DNA of 64,000 nt from Podospora anserina (lineage: Eukaryota): the NCBI GenBank assembly GCA_017654855.1, contig CM030335.1, positions 1,488,001 through 1,552,000 of the forward strand, in the 5' to 3' direction. A program made the position numbers and the translations under genes. This document shows positions 12,595 to 26,722 of this stretch, piece by piece. The notes beneath the pieces were generated by a model. That model did not search any database. It saw only the letters and a list, made by a program, of their open reading frames with translations, and was not told the origin of the DNA. The stretch's first letter is position 1; every line of letters begins with the position of its first letter.

Positions 12595-12867
12595 GAAACG
12601 ACCCTACAAGGGAACGTGCTTTTCTGGGATTCAGAGTAACATGGCTAATGATCATTGTTGAGCGAAAAGTTCTAGCACAACGGTTTTTTCTCACCGGGAA
12701 ACCAGAATCAAGCTGAGATAAAACATTGGCCCAAACTAACTTCCTCGCATTAACCTAGCAAAAATGCTACCTCCATCAAGACGGGTATCTAACTTATACT
12801 CATACAAATCCACATGCTCTTTCTGGCCCCCTAATGTACAGACCACTGATCATACACACACATCCCC

Positions 12868-14565
12868 TTACATCATCCCCATCATCATCCCACCCCTCCT
12901 CCTAGGTACCTCCTCATCATACGCATTCACATGATGAGCATGACAATACCCACTACCACCACCACCACTCCCCGTAACACCACCCAAACTCCTCCTCAAC
13001 CTCTTCACAATCTCCCTCCCCTTCCCCAACCCATAAACCAAATGCTGCCTCTCCCTCTCCCTCTCCGCCCTCCCCCTCCCACACGCCCCCTCCATCGTCT
13101 CCCCACAAGGAAGCAACACCGCCCTCCCCGTCTTCCTCGCATACGCAATCCTCCACGCCCGAAGCGACTCCCTCGCCGTCTCAGTAACGCACATAGCCTC
13201 CAAATGAACCAACACCCTCCTACGCCTCGCATCATCATCTGTCAACATCGCCGCATTATTAACAACCACTCCCCTACCCTGCGTATAATAATCCCCCTCC
13301 ACAGTCACCACACTCCCATCCTCACTGCTCAAGCTCGAGGCATAACCCTGAACATGTACACCACTTAGATGTGACCTCTTGGGACCAGGAAACCCCAACG
13401 TAGGCGGTAAAGCCGGCACCACCGAGTCAAGCGAATCACTCGATCCCTCAAAAATAGGCGACACAGGCGCAGTGGCTGTTCCAGATAGCCCAACCGACTG
13501 CTCATACGAGGGCGGTCGAGAAAAAAGCGGCTTGTGATAATACGCCGCCGTTCTAGTACTAGCCGCAGACCCGGGCGGCTGCTGCTGCTCACGGGTACGC
13601 GTCGAGTAGGGCGTCGTCTGGAGAATGGCTCCGCTCGTAGCAGACTGTGGGATCCGGCTCACAGGCCCCTGGAAAGAATGCTCATGAGAAGTAGTCTGCC
13701 GAGACGGCAGTCCCTGATTATACCTCGCTAACCCTGCCAACTGTGGTACTGGGCGAATAAGTGAATATGCCGATGCCGAAGGGTTGTTCTGAGCACGGGC
13801 TGCGGAGTTGCTGCTGCCGGTTCCTGCATTGCCTGAGCGGTTCGTCTGGGCCTCAACAACCATGTTGAGATTCCTGCCAAGCAGCACTTCATTATGGAAC
13901 TTGTCGTCAAGGGCCGCAAAACGACCCGACCAGTACTGGGACGGCATTGCCGTGGTGACGAATCGTGGGTTGTCTGGTAGAGGGGGAGATGCCTCCTGAC
14001 AGGGGGGTTTTTGGCATTGGCTGTCATTCAGGAGGGGCTCCATGGAACATCTGGTGGCCACAGGAGGTTGTTTTCGAGGTATCGCAATAACTGGCGGGGT
14101 GACCCTTGGTTGGGAAGAGCTTGAGCTATCATTTCGACTAGTACTGCCATGGTGAATAAGGGAGGCCCGTGACAATGAGTTGGTAATGCTAGAGAGGACA
14201 CTGAAAGTTCTGGATTTGGTGAGCAATCCCTGTCGAGGGGGAGGTAATGAAGTGTTGTCAGCAGGCCTCTGGTTCTCTGTCATCCGGCTGTTGTCAATGC
14301 TGTGGTAATCTACCGTTGTAACAAAAGGGGTCGGATGTGGGTAAGTGCTTGCTGGCTTGGACATGTCTGAGGGACGCATCAAGTTGGTGTCCTCGAGAGG
14401 CGTTCCGTTTCGAGTTACTCTGCCGATAGGCCCACTGATTGGGATTCTGGTGACAGAGGTAGATTTTCTTGCCTTCGTTTCGGAACGGGTGGATTTAGTT
14501 GAAGCGCGTCTTTGCACCCAGCTGGAGGTGTGTGTCCAGCCATGTCGTCGAGCGGGCGGTTCCAT
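12868..14565 (-). CDS. Hypothetical protein, Ser/Pro-rich, with conserved-looking YWSGRF and DDDARRRRVLVHLEAMC blocks
   Basis: 565-aa uninterrupted ORF. Confidence 0.7.
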   Translation of the reverse strand: MEPPARRHGWTHTSSWVQRRASTKSTRSETKARKSTSVTRIPISGPIGRVTRNGTPLEDTNLMRPSDMSKPASTYPHPTPFVTTVDYHSIDNSRMTENQRPADNTSLPPPRQGLLTKSRTFSVLSSITNSLSRASLIHHGSTSRNDSSSSSQPRVTPPVIAIPRKQPPVATRCSMEPLLNDSQCQKPPCQEASPPLPDNPRFVTTAMPSQYWSGRFAALDDKFHNEVLLGRNLNMVVEAQTNRSGNAGTGSSNSAARAQNNPSASAYSLIRPVPQLAGLARYNQGLPSRQTTSHEHSFQGPVSRIPQSATSGAILQTTPYSTRTREQQQPPGSAASTRTAAYYHKPLFSRPPSYEQSVGLSGTATAPVSPIFEGSSDSLDSVVPALPPTLGFPGPKRSHLSGVHVQGYASSLSSEDGSVVTVEGDYYTQGRGVVVNNAAMLTDDDARRRRVLVHLEAMCVTETARESLRAWRIAYARKTGRAVLLPCGETMEGACGRGRAERERERQHLVYGLGKGREIVKRLRRSLGGVTGSGGGGSGYCHAHHVNAYDEEVPRRRGGMMMGMM

Positions 14566-15014
14566 GACTGGAGGAAAATCCTGAAGGCTGCCACGACCAC
14601 AGAAACAATGGCGAATACTGCTGCACCGGCGAGGGTCGCAACCTGAAACAGGAATACCAACCAGAGGTTGACGACGTGCCTAAGAGTCACCAGATCGGTT
14701 TGAAGCGAGCACTTTATAACAGTGTAGGTCGAGTGAGACGATAGAAGTGTGATGCGAACTGTGGCGAACAGAATACGACTAAATAAGACAAACAAAATGA
14801 CAAGTGCAGCAGTAAGACCTTTGAGGGTGGCGTCAATGTCTTTGGCGGTGGTTGAAAGCAACTCAAGCTGTTGGAGCTTCCTGTTGATGCCGTCGATTTT
14901 CTTTGAAGTCTCGTTTGCAACGCTGTGGAGGGGGTGTTGGGAGCAGAGTTCGTCGTCCGAATTGCCGGAGCTTGCGTCCGAATCTGCGCAGCAGTGCAAG
15001 TTACTTCTGTTCAT
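14560..15014 (-). CDS. Possible small coiled-coil/transmembrane hypothetical protein (3' end uncertain)
   Basis: ATG-initiated ORF with a coiled-coil-like stretch and two hydrophobic segments. Confidence 0.3.
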
Positions 15015-15575
15015 GGCGGGTCAGCGGGGCATAATGGACTCAATGTTGATTGTCGAGAAGAAAAGCAGGGAGAGAGATGTATGGGGGAGATGGTTACAAG
15101 CGGGACCAGCTGCAGACAAACACCCAAGTTCATTGACGGCCACATCCATGCTACGCACCTTCCAAAGACAACAGAGCAAAATTCTGACTCCTTAGATTAA
15201 GATAAAAAAGCAGGAAGTTGCAAAGGCAGTTGCTACGGGGCGTCAAATAACGTCGGGGAATATGGATAGGGACCAATGTCAACAACAGGCAAGAGGTCCT
15301 CGGTTTGCGACTTCTGCCCCTTCACTTGGGCAGAGTGTGGCGCTGGCCGCCATATCGACTCGAGACCACTATAAGACAATAAGCCAAGATAGAGACATAA
15401 TATGACCTGGCTCAGACGAAAGCAAATGCAAAGTAACAATTTTCTATCATGGGGGGAAAAACATAAAACAACTATCCAAAGGTATCCTCCTCTCTATTCC
15501 TGCTCAGTTCACCGACCAAAAGCTCGTCATTGAAACGACTGAGCTATTGGAACCAGTCTGAGATCCTGCACAATG

Positions 15576-16694
15576 CTAGTTGCAGAGCTCCTCTTCCTTC
15601 TCCCAGCCCTCAATCTTGAATCTAAATGTTTCATCCCCAGAGCCTCTTGGGATGGGGTTCCCATGAGGGTCCCAGAGAGCTCTCTCAGTATAGGTCACAT
15701 TGCCATCCCAATCCACGAGAATGATGGTCTGTCGTTGCGTGCCGTAGAGGCCAGTTTGGAAGCCATTGGGCTGGTCGTCTGGGCGAGCCACGATGGTCAA
15801 GACTTCGGCTGCCGGCGAATCACGATCCTTGTGCTTCACTTGTCCTCGCAGTCTGGCCTCTGCCATTTCTTCTTGGTGCGACTTGCCGCCAAAGGCAGGG
15901 ATGAAAATCGAGTCCTTGAGCAACGGGATGCCTTCCTCAAGGTCCATGGTGTGGTCGGACGGAAACCTATCCGTGTCCAAAATTTCGAACAGTGCCTCCT
16001 GGAGTTCCTTTTCGTCCATCTTTTCGGTGACAGCACGGAGCATTGCTTCGCGGCCTTCCCGAATCTTGGGCCATAGCTCCTCCTCCTTATCTTCCTGTTC
16101 CGGATGCAAATATGTGGCGTTGCTCAAGCCGTAGATGGAGCCGCGCTCTCCACAAATCCATGGAACCTGCCCAACATGGTCGCAACGGTTCGAGATGATG
16201 GCCAGGGGGTCAATGTTGTTGCTATCCCCCTTCGCCTTTCTGAGTTTTCCGCAGATCAAGGAGAAGCCACCCACCCCCTTTACTCCACCGTCTTCCAGCA
16301 TGTGGGTCACAAACCGCTCTGTCGATTCGGCCGGGTCAGCGCCAAGCCATGCCGTCACCATGCCTCCACGGCTGCGCTTGCCATGTACCGGATGGGCAAC
16401 ATCGTGGGTGTCCGTTTCCCGGTAGTTTGTAAGGACGGCAAAGTTTCCACCCTTGGTGATGCCGAGCCACGTCCCTCGCTCGGCTCGCTGGAGATCTCGA
16501 CTGGAGAGGACTTCGACCTCGGCCGGTGGAGCGGCCTTTGCTACCCCGTTGGTCGAGCCGTTAACGGCGGGGGTTTCTGGGGTAGCTTTCCACCAGTGGG
16601 GTCTGCTCGTTGGGCGCAGGATGTACTCGTCGCGGTTGTCGATGACGACCAGGGCGTATTTGGGGTGGGATGTTGTAAGCAGCACTATACACAT
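15576..16694 (-). CDS. NRDE/TANGO2 (DUF833) family protein
   Basis: MCIVLL..NRDEYILRPT, GTWLGIT, LTNYRE, SRG, YGLSN, YGTQRQTIILVD. Confidence 0.92.
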   Translation of the reverse strand: MCIVLLTTSHPKYALVVIDNRDEYILRPTSRPHWWKATPETPAVNGSTNGVAKAAPPAEVEVLSSRDLQRAERGTWLGITKGGNFAVLTNYRETDTHDVAHPVHGKRSRGGMVTAWLGADPAESTERFVTHMLEDGGVKGVGGFSLICGKLRKAKGDSNNIDPLAIISNRCDHVGQVPWICGERGSIYGLSNATYLHPEQEDKEEELWPKIREGREAMLRAVTEKMDEKELQEALFEILDTDRFPSDHTMDLEEGIPLLKDSIFIPAFGGKSHQEEMAEARLRGQVKHKDRDSPAAEVLTIVARPDDQPNGFQTGLYGTQRQTIILVDWDGNVTYTERALWDPHGNPIPRGSGDETFRFKIEGWEKEEELCN

Positions 16695-18233
16695 TTTGAC
16701 GTGGTGGTTTAGGGGAAGATGATGTATGTAGGGATGTTGAGAAAATGGGTAGATAGATAAGATAGATGAGACGGGTAAGGACGGGATCGTCACAAGTACG
16801 GATAAGGATACGGGATAATATATGGGGAAGTGAGATAGGTGAGTTGCACGTGTGTGAGTGTGTGCGATTAGGTATCGAGAGATCAAGTACGGACGCTGAC
16901 ACTTGCCACGCCTTCCCCCAAGAGCCTTCCGTATTTATAGCTGATCAGAGAGACAAGAGCGTACGTTCAGGCAGATCAGGTTCCCAACGCATGCAACACT
17001 CGCAGAGGAATCGAAAGGTTGCAGGATGCAGATAAAATCAGGCCACGCCCTCACTGACGGTTGCCAACCCGCCTAGCGCCGGGTCCAGCCAATACGGATG
17101 ATCTGACGACACGGCTCTAGGCTTCTGGGCTTATATGGACACGAAACAGGAGCCCGCGAACAGAAGTCGCGGGGCCGGTATCAACGGGACCGCCGGTGTA
17201 ACGTCAAGGCGGGTTCCGGCCGGGTATCGGGTTTCCACGGTCAAGGCGGCCGAAGCGTGTGCCTTGCGTTGGGCTGGATGGTGACAGTCGTACAGGTAGG
17301 AGGTGGTGGTGAACAGGTGTTTGCCGACCCCGCCTGACTGAGACCCCTCCCTCTGCCCCGGATTTTCAACAGGCGAAAGTGCACGGGCCATCCATGTGAA
17401 AAAAAGCTCGAGCCAGGTCCTTGCCGTCGGCATCCCGGCCTGAAATAAGGGCGGGGCAACACCAAAGTGGATGTCTGCTGGAGTTGTAAACCCCGCCGAT
17501 GTAGGACGTCGTGGATGTTCCTACCCGGTAGGACGCTCGGACGCTATCGAGACGCAATGCCGAATCCCATGACACCGCATGGCTATGATGAATCATCTCT
17601 TCTTTCAAGTGGGATCTGATGGGGCTGCTTGCCTTCTAGCCTCTTGGTGCAGCAAGGTAACAATAACGACGAACTTCGGTGGAAGGGTCGAGGGGACAGC
17701 AAACACACACCCCAACTCCTCGATGACACATGCTCCCAAACGTGTTAGTCAATTCAGCATGGACAGGGGTTGCCGGATGCTGTGTCCAGGCACTTGGAGA
17801 GCGCGGGGATTGTGATGCAACTTTTTTATATTGACCGCCCAGTTATGGCTAACGTGTACCACGGTGCTTGCAATATGCGTACATATCCGTGTCCCATTAG
17901 CCACTGTGTGTATGTGTGTTTGCCCCCCATCGTGATGCTTCAACGGGGCGGCCGGTTGGTGATAGACGGACATTCTCTCCTCGTAGGGAATAGAGGATTG
18001 AAAACATGAGTCCCGGAGATCTCTCGATCGCGGCCGGTGTTATGGAAAAAAAAAGCGGCGGATAAAAGACCCCCAGACAGGGCCCTGTGACGTTATGTTC
18101 TTGGCCGTTTTCAGACTGTTTGGCCAATCAAGCCCTCCTTTTTCTACTGGGCGAGCTGTAGGGGCTCTTGTTTAGAGCGTTTCCTTTTGTGCCACTGCGG
18201 GGTCGATGGCAGCTGCCGACGAAAAACTCTGAT

Positions 18234-18240
18234 TGACTCA
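18234..18240 (+). promoter_or_regulatory. Gcn4/CPC-1 cross-pathway control site TGACTCA
   Basis: Perfect consensus ~150 bp upstream of the homocitrate synthase ATG; a second TGAGTC lies at ~18007. Confidence 0.6.
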
Positions 18241-18391
18241 TTCAGGTTTGAGAGGGGCGGACCGCGCCGACTATTTCAGCGACATCGGGAAGCTGTTGAT
18301 TGACATTTTTACTTTTGATCTCTATACATCTTTTACTGCCCTTTCGACCCATTGCGCCTGCAGCAAACCCAACAGACAGACGACAGACACA

Positions 18392-20097
<1,706 letters not shown>

Positions 20098-21772
20098 AGC
20101 TTAGTGGTTGGGTGTCATTGAGCGCTGTCTGAGGGGCTTTATTATTTATTTGTTTTGGGCCATCATTTGCGGAGTTGTGTGTATCAGGGAAAAAGGGCGA
20201 TGCATTTGGTTTACAAAATTTCGTGGTTGTATTTTGCGGTAATCTTGGAACCCAAAAGTTCTGAATGGTATATGAGATACGGCGGAAAGGAGCAAGAAAG
20301 CCCCTATGCCACACTTTACAAGACCTTTTACGTTATTCAGTGCAATAGTGTTCACGTGATCGCATCGGCAACACACCCCATTACTATACATATTATCTAC
20401 ATCCACCAGAGGACACTGGATTATCCTGAGTTGCATAATTGGGCAGTCTCATCCTCGGCAGATGGATGTCTCACGACAACCAATCGCAAAGAGGTTCCCG
20501 ACGTCATCACACAGCTAATAGCAGGGTATCTTCATAGTCTCTTGGGCACACATGTGGACCTGGAGATAAGTGTGCCTTTCGGGTTTAGTTATGTGATCAG
20601 CTGTCTGGGGACACTCCTGGAAGCTCAGATAGGCGGTGCTGCCCAGCTTCCTGCCCTGTGGGGGGGTCCAAAGGATGGTTAGGCACAGTATGACAGACAG
20701 CCCAAGTTATCACCAAGACACAGCATTGGCCGGGGGAAACCTAGAGGCAAATCGGAACAGGTCAAACAAATGTTTGGGCGCGGGGTTTTCCCAGGTCCCG
20801 ATGCAAATTCTGTGCGTCTGTCTGTGTACGAATGGAATCCGTGAAGACACACGATGAAAGCTTGTTGAGGTTCAGCTCAGAGGTGAAGCCCAAGACCAAA
20901 GCATTGGGTTAAACCATGTGGTTTGGGTCTTCTCATGCCAAGTGGTGGAATCTGCTAGGGTTCTCACCGACGTCGGATGGCTTGACAAACAGAAACTATC
21001 ATTGCATATGAAGCCGAGACAAACCTCACCTCTACGCTCAGTCAGTCACACAGACATAAGGCACACCAAAAATTGCCTTCCATCCCTGCTTAGGCGGTAT
21101 GCGTGCGGAAGCCCAACATCGAGTTGTAGAAATAGAAATGGCTGGAGAGACCTCATCTGTGCTCATGGGCTTTCTGTGTCTTTTTGTGACGCATCAGCCT
21201 GACCCTAGCCCCACAAGACCAAAGCCATCGAGTCCACCTTGAGCTCTTACACTAAACAGCCCGTGCTTGGCTCTATCATTGTTTTCTCTCGAAACCAACA
21301 TATCGGGATCCCAAACGAAGCACTTAAGCGGCGAGAGCGCAGCGATTCCTTCTGCAACAGAACATCTCCCGCTGTGTTCGATCTCTGCTTTGCCGTTCCG
21401 CTGCATCCCGGAAACAGCGGGCAATCGAACGAGGGAAACGGGAAAGGGGAAAACGCACAGTCCACTTCTTGTCTTGGACCCCCTCCCCTGGCGCAGGCTA
21501 TTTTGGCGCCCTCCATTCTGTGTCGTCATCGGACCAACATCTTGGACCTGAGACGGTCGAAACCTTGAACAGCCGACCCTCAGCACCCCCCTCCACCGTC
21601 TTTTTTTGTCGAAATCTCTCGAAGTTCTTGCTTTCTCCCCGTGCGCGCAAACTTCCAGTCTCTGCATTCAAATATCCCTTTGGACCCTGAATCTGTGGTC
21701 TCCCTTGGCCTGCGATCTGCCGAACACCCCCGCACTTGTCCGTCTCGTGTAGTACTCCACCAGAACCTTGCC

Positions 21773-23477
21773 ATGGCTCACCGGACATCTGCCCCTGACC
21801 TTGTTCGCGAGCGCCCCGACCGCTTCGAAAAGGGCCGCTTCGAGTACGAAAGAGACCGCGATCGGTTCAGCGAGATCCGAGAGCGCTTCGAAGACGACGA
21901 CGACGACTATGTGTACGAGCGAGAACGCCGTGTAACATCCCGGCCTCCCCCCCGCGACCGCGACCGATCCGTCGACCGCCGTTCCCGGGCCCCCTATGAC
22001 GACGACGAGACCATCATCCGGGAGCGCCGCCGGGTCATTTATGATGACGAGCAACCACGCAGTATCCTTCGACGTCGACCATCTCCCGAGAGTGAGGTGG
22101 AGCGCAGATCTTCTGTCGTGATTGAGAAGGAGAGAAGGTACCGCAGCCCGTCACCCTCCAATGCGCCCCGTCCTGGACGACTTTTGAGACGGCAATCGAG
22201 CCTGGACACTTTTGATCGCAGGCCCCGTGGATATTACGAGCGTGAGGAATACGGACCCCCCGCCCGCCGCCTGGACCACAGTGTTCCGCCCTACGCCGAG
22301 AGCCACCGGCCGCTGCCCCGCCACCGAGCCCTGCCCCCTCCCAGAGTGTACGCCGAACGTGAATACTTCGACGAGATCCACGTCGATGACCATCACCATG
22401 ACCACCCCGGCCGAGTCCGCGAAAGGGAGGTGATCCACACCCGCATGAGGTCACGGAGTCGAGAGTCGCGCATCCGTCGTGGAAGATCCCGATCGTCCAG
22501 CAGGAGCAGCTCCTCAAGCAGCAGCGGCGGCACCAGCCTCACTACCCGAAGCGAGTATCCAAAGAAGGGCAAGACCCGCATTCCAGCGCGCCTGGTCTCC
22601 AAGCGGGCGCTTATTGAGCTTGGTTACCCATTCGTCGAGGAGGTGAGTTGGGCGCCCTGTGATGCAGCTCCAGAGATGCGATACTGATAATTTTGCGAAG
22701 GGAAACACAATCATCGTCCAGAAGGCACTTGGCCAGAAGAACATAGACGATTTGCTGAAGCTGAGCGATGATTATAAGAAGAGTACGCCCACCCCGTTAC
22801 TCCCCCACCAGGACAAAAAAGTAACATTCCCAGGCGAGTTCGAGATCATGGCCGCGCGATCCAGCGCTGGTGATATCATTGAGGAACGTCGAACAGAGAT
22901 TGTCGAGTACCACACCACGGCACCTCCCCCTGCGGTGCACTACCACCATCAACACCCGTCGGCCCCGGCCGGTAATGGTCCTATTATCATCAACGCCCAG
23001 CCCGCTCCCGCACCAGCCCCTCCCGTCGAGGTGGTCAAGACAACCATGATCCGCGAGCAGTCCCCAGCACGGTCCTACACGACCACCTCGTACGACACCA
23101 CCTCGTACGGCACAACCACGTCATATGACACCTCTCTTACCTCCAGGGGCCCACCCACAGTGATTGTGGACGCTCGCCCGCGTGAGGTAGCCCTTGTCGA
23201 GCCTTCTCGGGATACCTGGCGCTACGACGATAATGATGAGCTGCGATCTGAGATTCGGCATCTGGAGCGGCAGCTCGCGCGGCGGGAACGGTCAAAGTCC
23301 AGACACTCGCGTCACGGCAGCCGAGGCGACCTGGTTAGGGCGGAGCGGTTGTCGACGGGCGAGCTGGTGCTGTACGAAGAGGAAATTGAGACAATTGAGG
23401 AGCCTGCGAGGGGAGGGTTGAGAATCGAGAAGGACAAACGAGGTAGGATGTCTATCAGCGTGCCGAGGAACCGGTAA
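21773..23477 (+). CDS. Conserved Arg/Glu-rich fungal hypothetical protein, 2 introns
   Basis: Long ORFs joined by GT..AG introns; block YPKKGKTRIPARLVSKRALIELGYPFVEE|GNTIIVQKALGQ. Confidence 0.8.
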
Positions 23478-24110
23478 CCGGTGCTCGGTTTGCCGGATTC
23501 GGTGCGTTTTCCTTCAGCTGCATTTGCTTGATCGTGTTGAGGATGAGGAAGCTGACAGGTTGGGTGATGTGATGTAGGTCCCCCTCCCAGGTTGATGAAG
23601 GCTATGTTGGCTACTTTGACTTGAGTGAGCAATTTCGAATCAAGCAAGCAAGCAAGCGAAGCGAAGCGAGTTGAAGACGAGATTGGATAGTAAGCGTCTG
23701 GGAGGCGATCTTTTTGGATGATGTGATTGGTTGCGAATTTCTTTGTTTGAGATTCTTTTGGGCGCGGCAGCAGCATACTAATAATGTGGGCGGCTGTTTT
23801 TGGTTACGATGTTATGATGACTTTTTTATGAGATATACAGTGTGGGAAATATGCATATGGAACTTGGGACGGTCTGGATGTGGTGTGAAATGTAGGGGCA
23901 GAAGCTAGTCTGAGCTGTAGTAATCGAGATATCACAAGGATGATTGATGTGCGGGACTTTAGGGTGGTGAAAGCTTTTCGATTGCAAGATTGGTATGTTT
24001 GCTCATGATTTTTGGCGAGATGCCATTGATTTGATTTCTAGGATGAATGCCTACCTACCTAGCCAGTTATTCCTGCTCTAGGGGTAACCACCCGGTCAGA
24101 GGTAGGCATC

Positions 24111-24773
24111 TCAGTTCGCAGCCCTGATCTGCCGAGCAGTAAACTGCGTCAGACACCGAAACTTGCGGACGCCGCTGCGGGTTTCGGCGAAATTGGTCAT
24201 GTGGTGGAAACTGACGCCCGGGAAAAGGATGCACTCCCCGTAGGTCCTGCCGTCGAGGCCATACATTTTGTAGGGATGGCCTCTGTCTTTGTAGATGGCT
24301 GTTTTGGGGGATCGAGTGTGTGGTCAGCTAAGGTACTTTTTTTTTTGTTGCAAATTGGTGTGATGATGATGGCAATAATGAGAAAGAGGGCTGGGGGGGT
24401 TGGCTCACTCCAATGGTAGAGGGGGTTGTTGCTGAAGTGCATCTCGAGGACGTTGATGTCGGTGGCGGCACCGCCGTAGCAGCCGCTGCCGACGCACCGG
24501 ACGCCGGTCATGCGGCCTGAGACGTCGTCTTGGGAGAGGTAGGGGCCGTAGGCGAGGACCTGTGGGGGATGGTTAGTAGGAAGAAGAGAGGGGGGGGGAG
24601 GGGAGGAGGGGGGCGGAACGGACGTCGGCTTTGGTGGGGTCGTTGTCGAAGATGTACCAGCCGTCGTGGAGGACGCCGCCGTCGACGGGGATGATTTGGT
24701 GGCCCAGGTAGAGGTCGAAGTTTGCGGTGGCCAGGCCGGCGAGGGAGGCGAGGATGAGGGTTGAGAAACGCAT
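24111..24773 (-). CDS. Small secreted Cys-containing protein, 2 introns
   Basis: Signal peptide MRFSTLILASLAGLATA-NFDLY; DDVSG..GVRC.GSGC, LEMHFSNNPLYHW|TIYKDR, RKFRCLT. Confidence 0.8.
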
Positions 24774-26722
24774 GGTGAAGGTTGGTGGTGTGTGAGTGTG
24801 GTGAGGAGGACGTCTTCTTTGGGGGAGGAGGTATCTTAACAGACTATAGACATAGGCGAGCGACGGTGCCGCGCTGCTGTTGGTTGTAGGAGTGGATGTA
24901 CATGCTAGGATCACCTGGGCGTTGATGGCAAGCACTCTGCTGTCTCTGTTGAGCTTGACAAGGGTCGAGTCCACTAGGCTTGGTCTCCTCACTTCAGACG
25001 ATGTAACTGTTGAACTCTAGGACAAGGCAGCAGACCAAAGAAGTCCGAGGGGTCAGACCCCAAATTGTGATGGAATACCATGCCAAAGTCTTTTCTCCAT
25101 AGCCCAAGTGATGCTAGGTAGACAAGGTTAAGTTAAACGTGAAAGCGCTCTAGCTGCTTTAGTTGTTTCTGCCGTCATTTCTTGGAGCGATGTGACTGTG
25201 AGTTGGCCAGGCACGAGCCCAAGGAATTGAGGCCGATGAGCCCAATCAGAGGAGTAAGTTGTACGATTACCTAGCCCATGGATATGACTCTAGTCTCAAT
25301 GACAAGCTATGGAAGCCTAGAGCTTTTCTGGGTATCTGTAGGTCGATCTCTGCAAAGATTGGATCAGATCCCGAGATTCAGACAAGAGAGTTTACTCTTT
25401 AGAGACTCTGGTGAGAGATATCTCGGATTGGCAAACTTTGAGGATTTTACGTTTACCATATCTTGTGGTTTCCAAGACGCTGGTTGTTTTCTCGGTCAGC
25501 CAAAAATATTGAGACAACATGAAGGAGAAACTCTCGCTGCCCAGGTACGCCAAGGGATTCTACTCGGAGGATCACACTAGCAACCACTAGCAGCTCTAGA
25601 CCACGTATCATCGGCCGTGTATTTGTGTGGACTGTGACGACAGTGGTTGACCCCTCATTGAGTTGCAAGGATGAGTTGTGAACGCTTACCTTGCTCTTGG
25701 GAAACCATGAGCCGCTGGGTTAGATACCGAGGTAGGATTGCAGAGAGAGACGACCTTTTTGATGATAGGTATATTGACTTCGGATTGAAAGGCACCACTT
25801 ATTCTCACTTTCTATCAAATTGTCAGAGTTATATTATACGCTGGCTGTGGGTGCTATCCCTTCTTTGGGCAGTGATGCCTACTCTGCCTCCGTTTGTTAT
25901 ATATAGGCTTCTAGTTGAATGAATATGCCACAATGAAGTGCTAAATATGAAACATGAGATCATGGATACTCGAAGCCCGGATTCTAGAATTTAAAAGCTC
26001 AGAGTAACGGGAACTAAGCTTGAACTATAGACTGTAAGAGCTTAGACCAATGAAAAAGAAGTGTAGATGAAGTTACTGTAATACTTGAAGAGTGGGTAGG
26101 ATCAGAAGCTTGGTTGAATATCATCTAACAGTCAAATAGAGGAATGATGGCTATTTTCACCCTCCTCGCCACCATTCTTGCCCTCCATAAAAGACACGGA
26201 GAAATCTGAACTTGGACCCAGCATATGCAGTGTTTTGCTTGATATATATCTAAGTAGATGGGTATTGGATGTTGTTCGCGGATCTAATGTTTCGTAAACA
26301 CACCTTTCATCACATGGTTCCCTACCTCAACAGGTGTATGAGAATGCGGTGTGAATCAAAGTAATCAGTGAGATAAAATCGTTTTGGTTCACTTGTAAGC
26401 TGAGCCTCTGACCTACAATAAGACGAAAGCACTTCTGCCTGAGACAAGACAATTCTCGTACTGACATGCCTTGAAGGGTTGCAAGCCCTAGGCTTTTTTC
26501 TTTCTTCATTAATATTCAAGGTCAGGTTCTAGAAATTAAAGACTCGAGTCTTGAATATCAAAAGCTCGGATTTCTAGATATTAAAAGCTACTTTAAGAGC
26601 TTATATCGGTTAAGAAGGAGACAGTGCAAATTAAGCCTATATTCCAAAACGCCAGACTATCACTTGGTATTCCTCTAAGCCACGCCGTGTACTGTGTAAA
26701 GCCAAAAAGTTCTATCATGATC

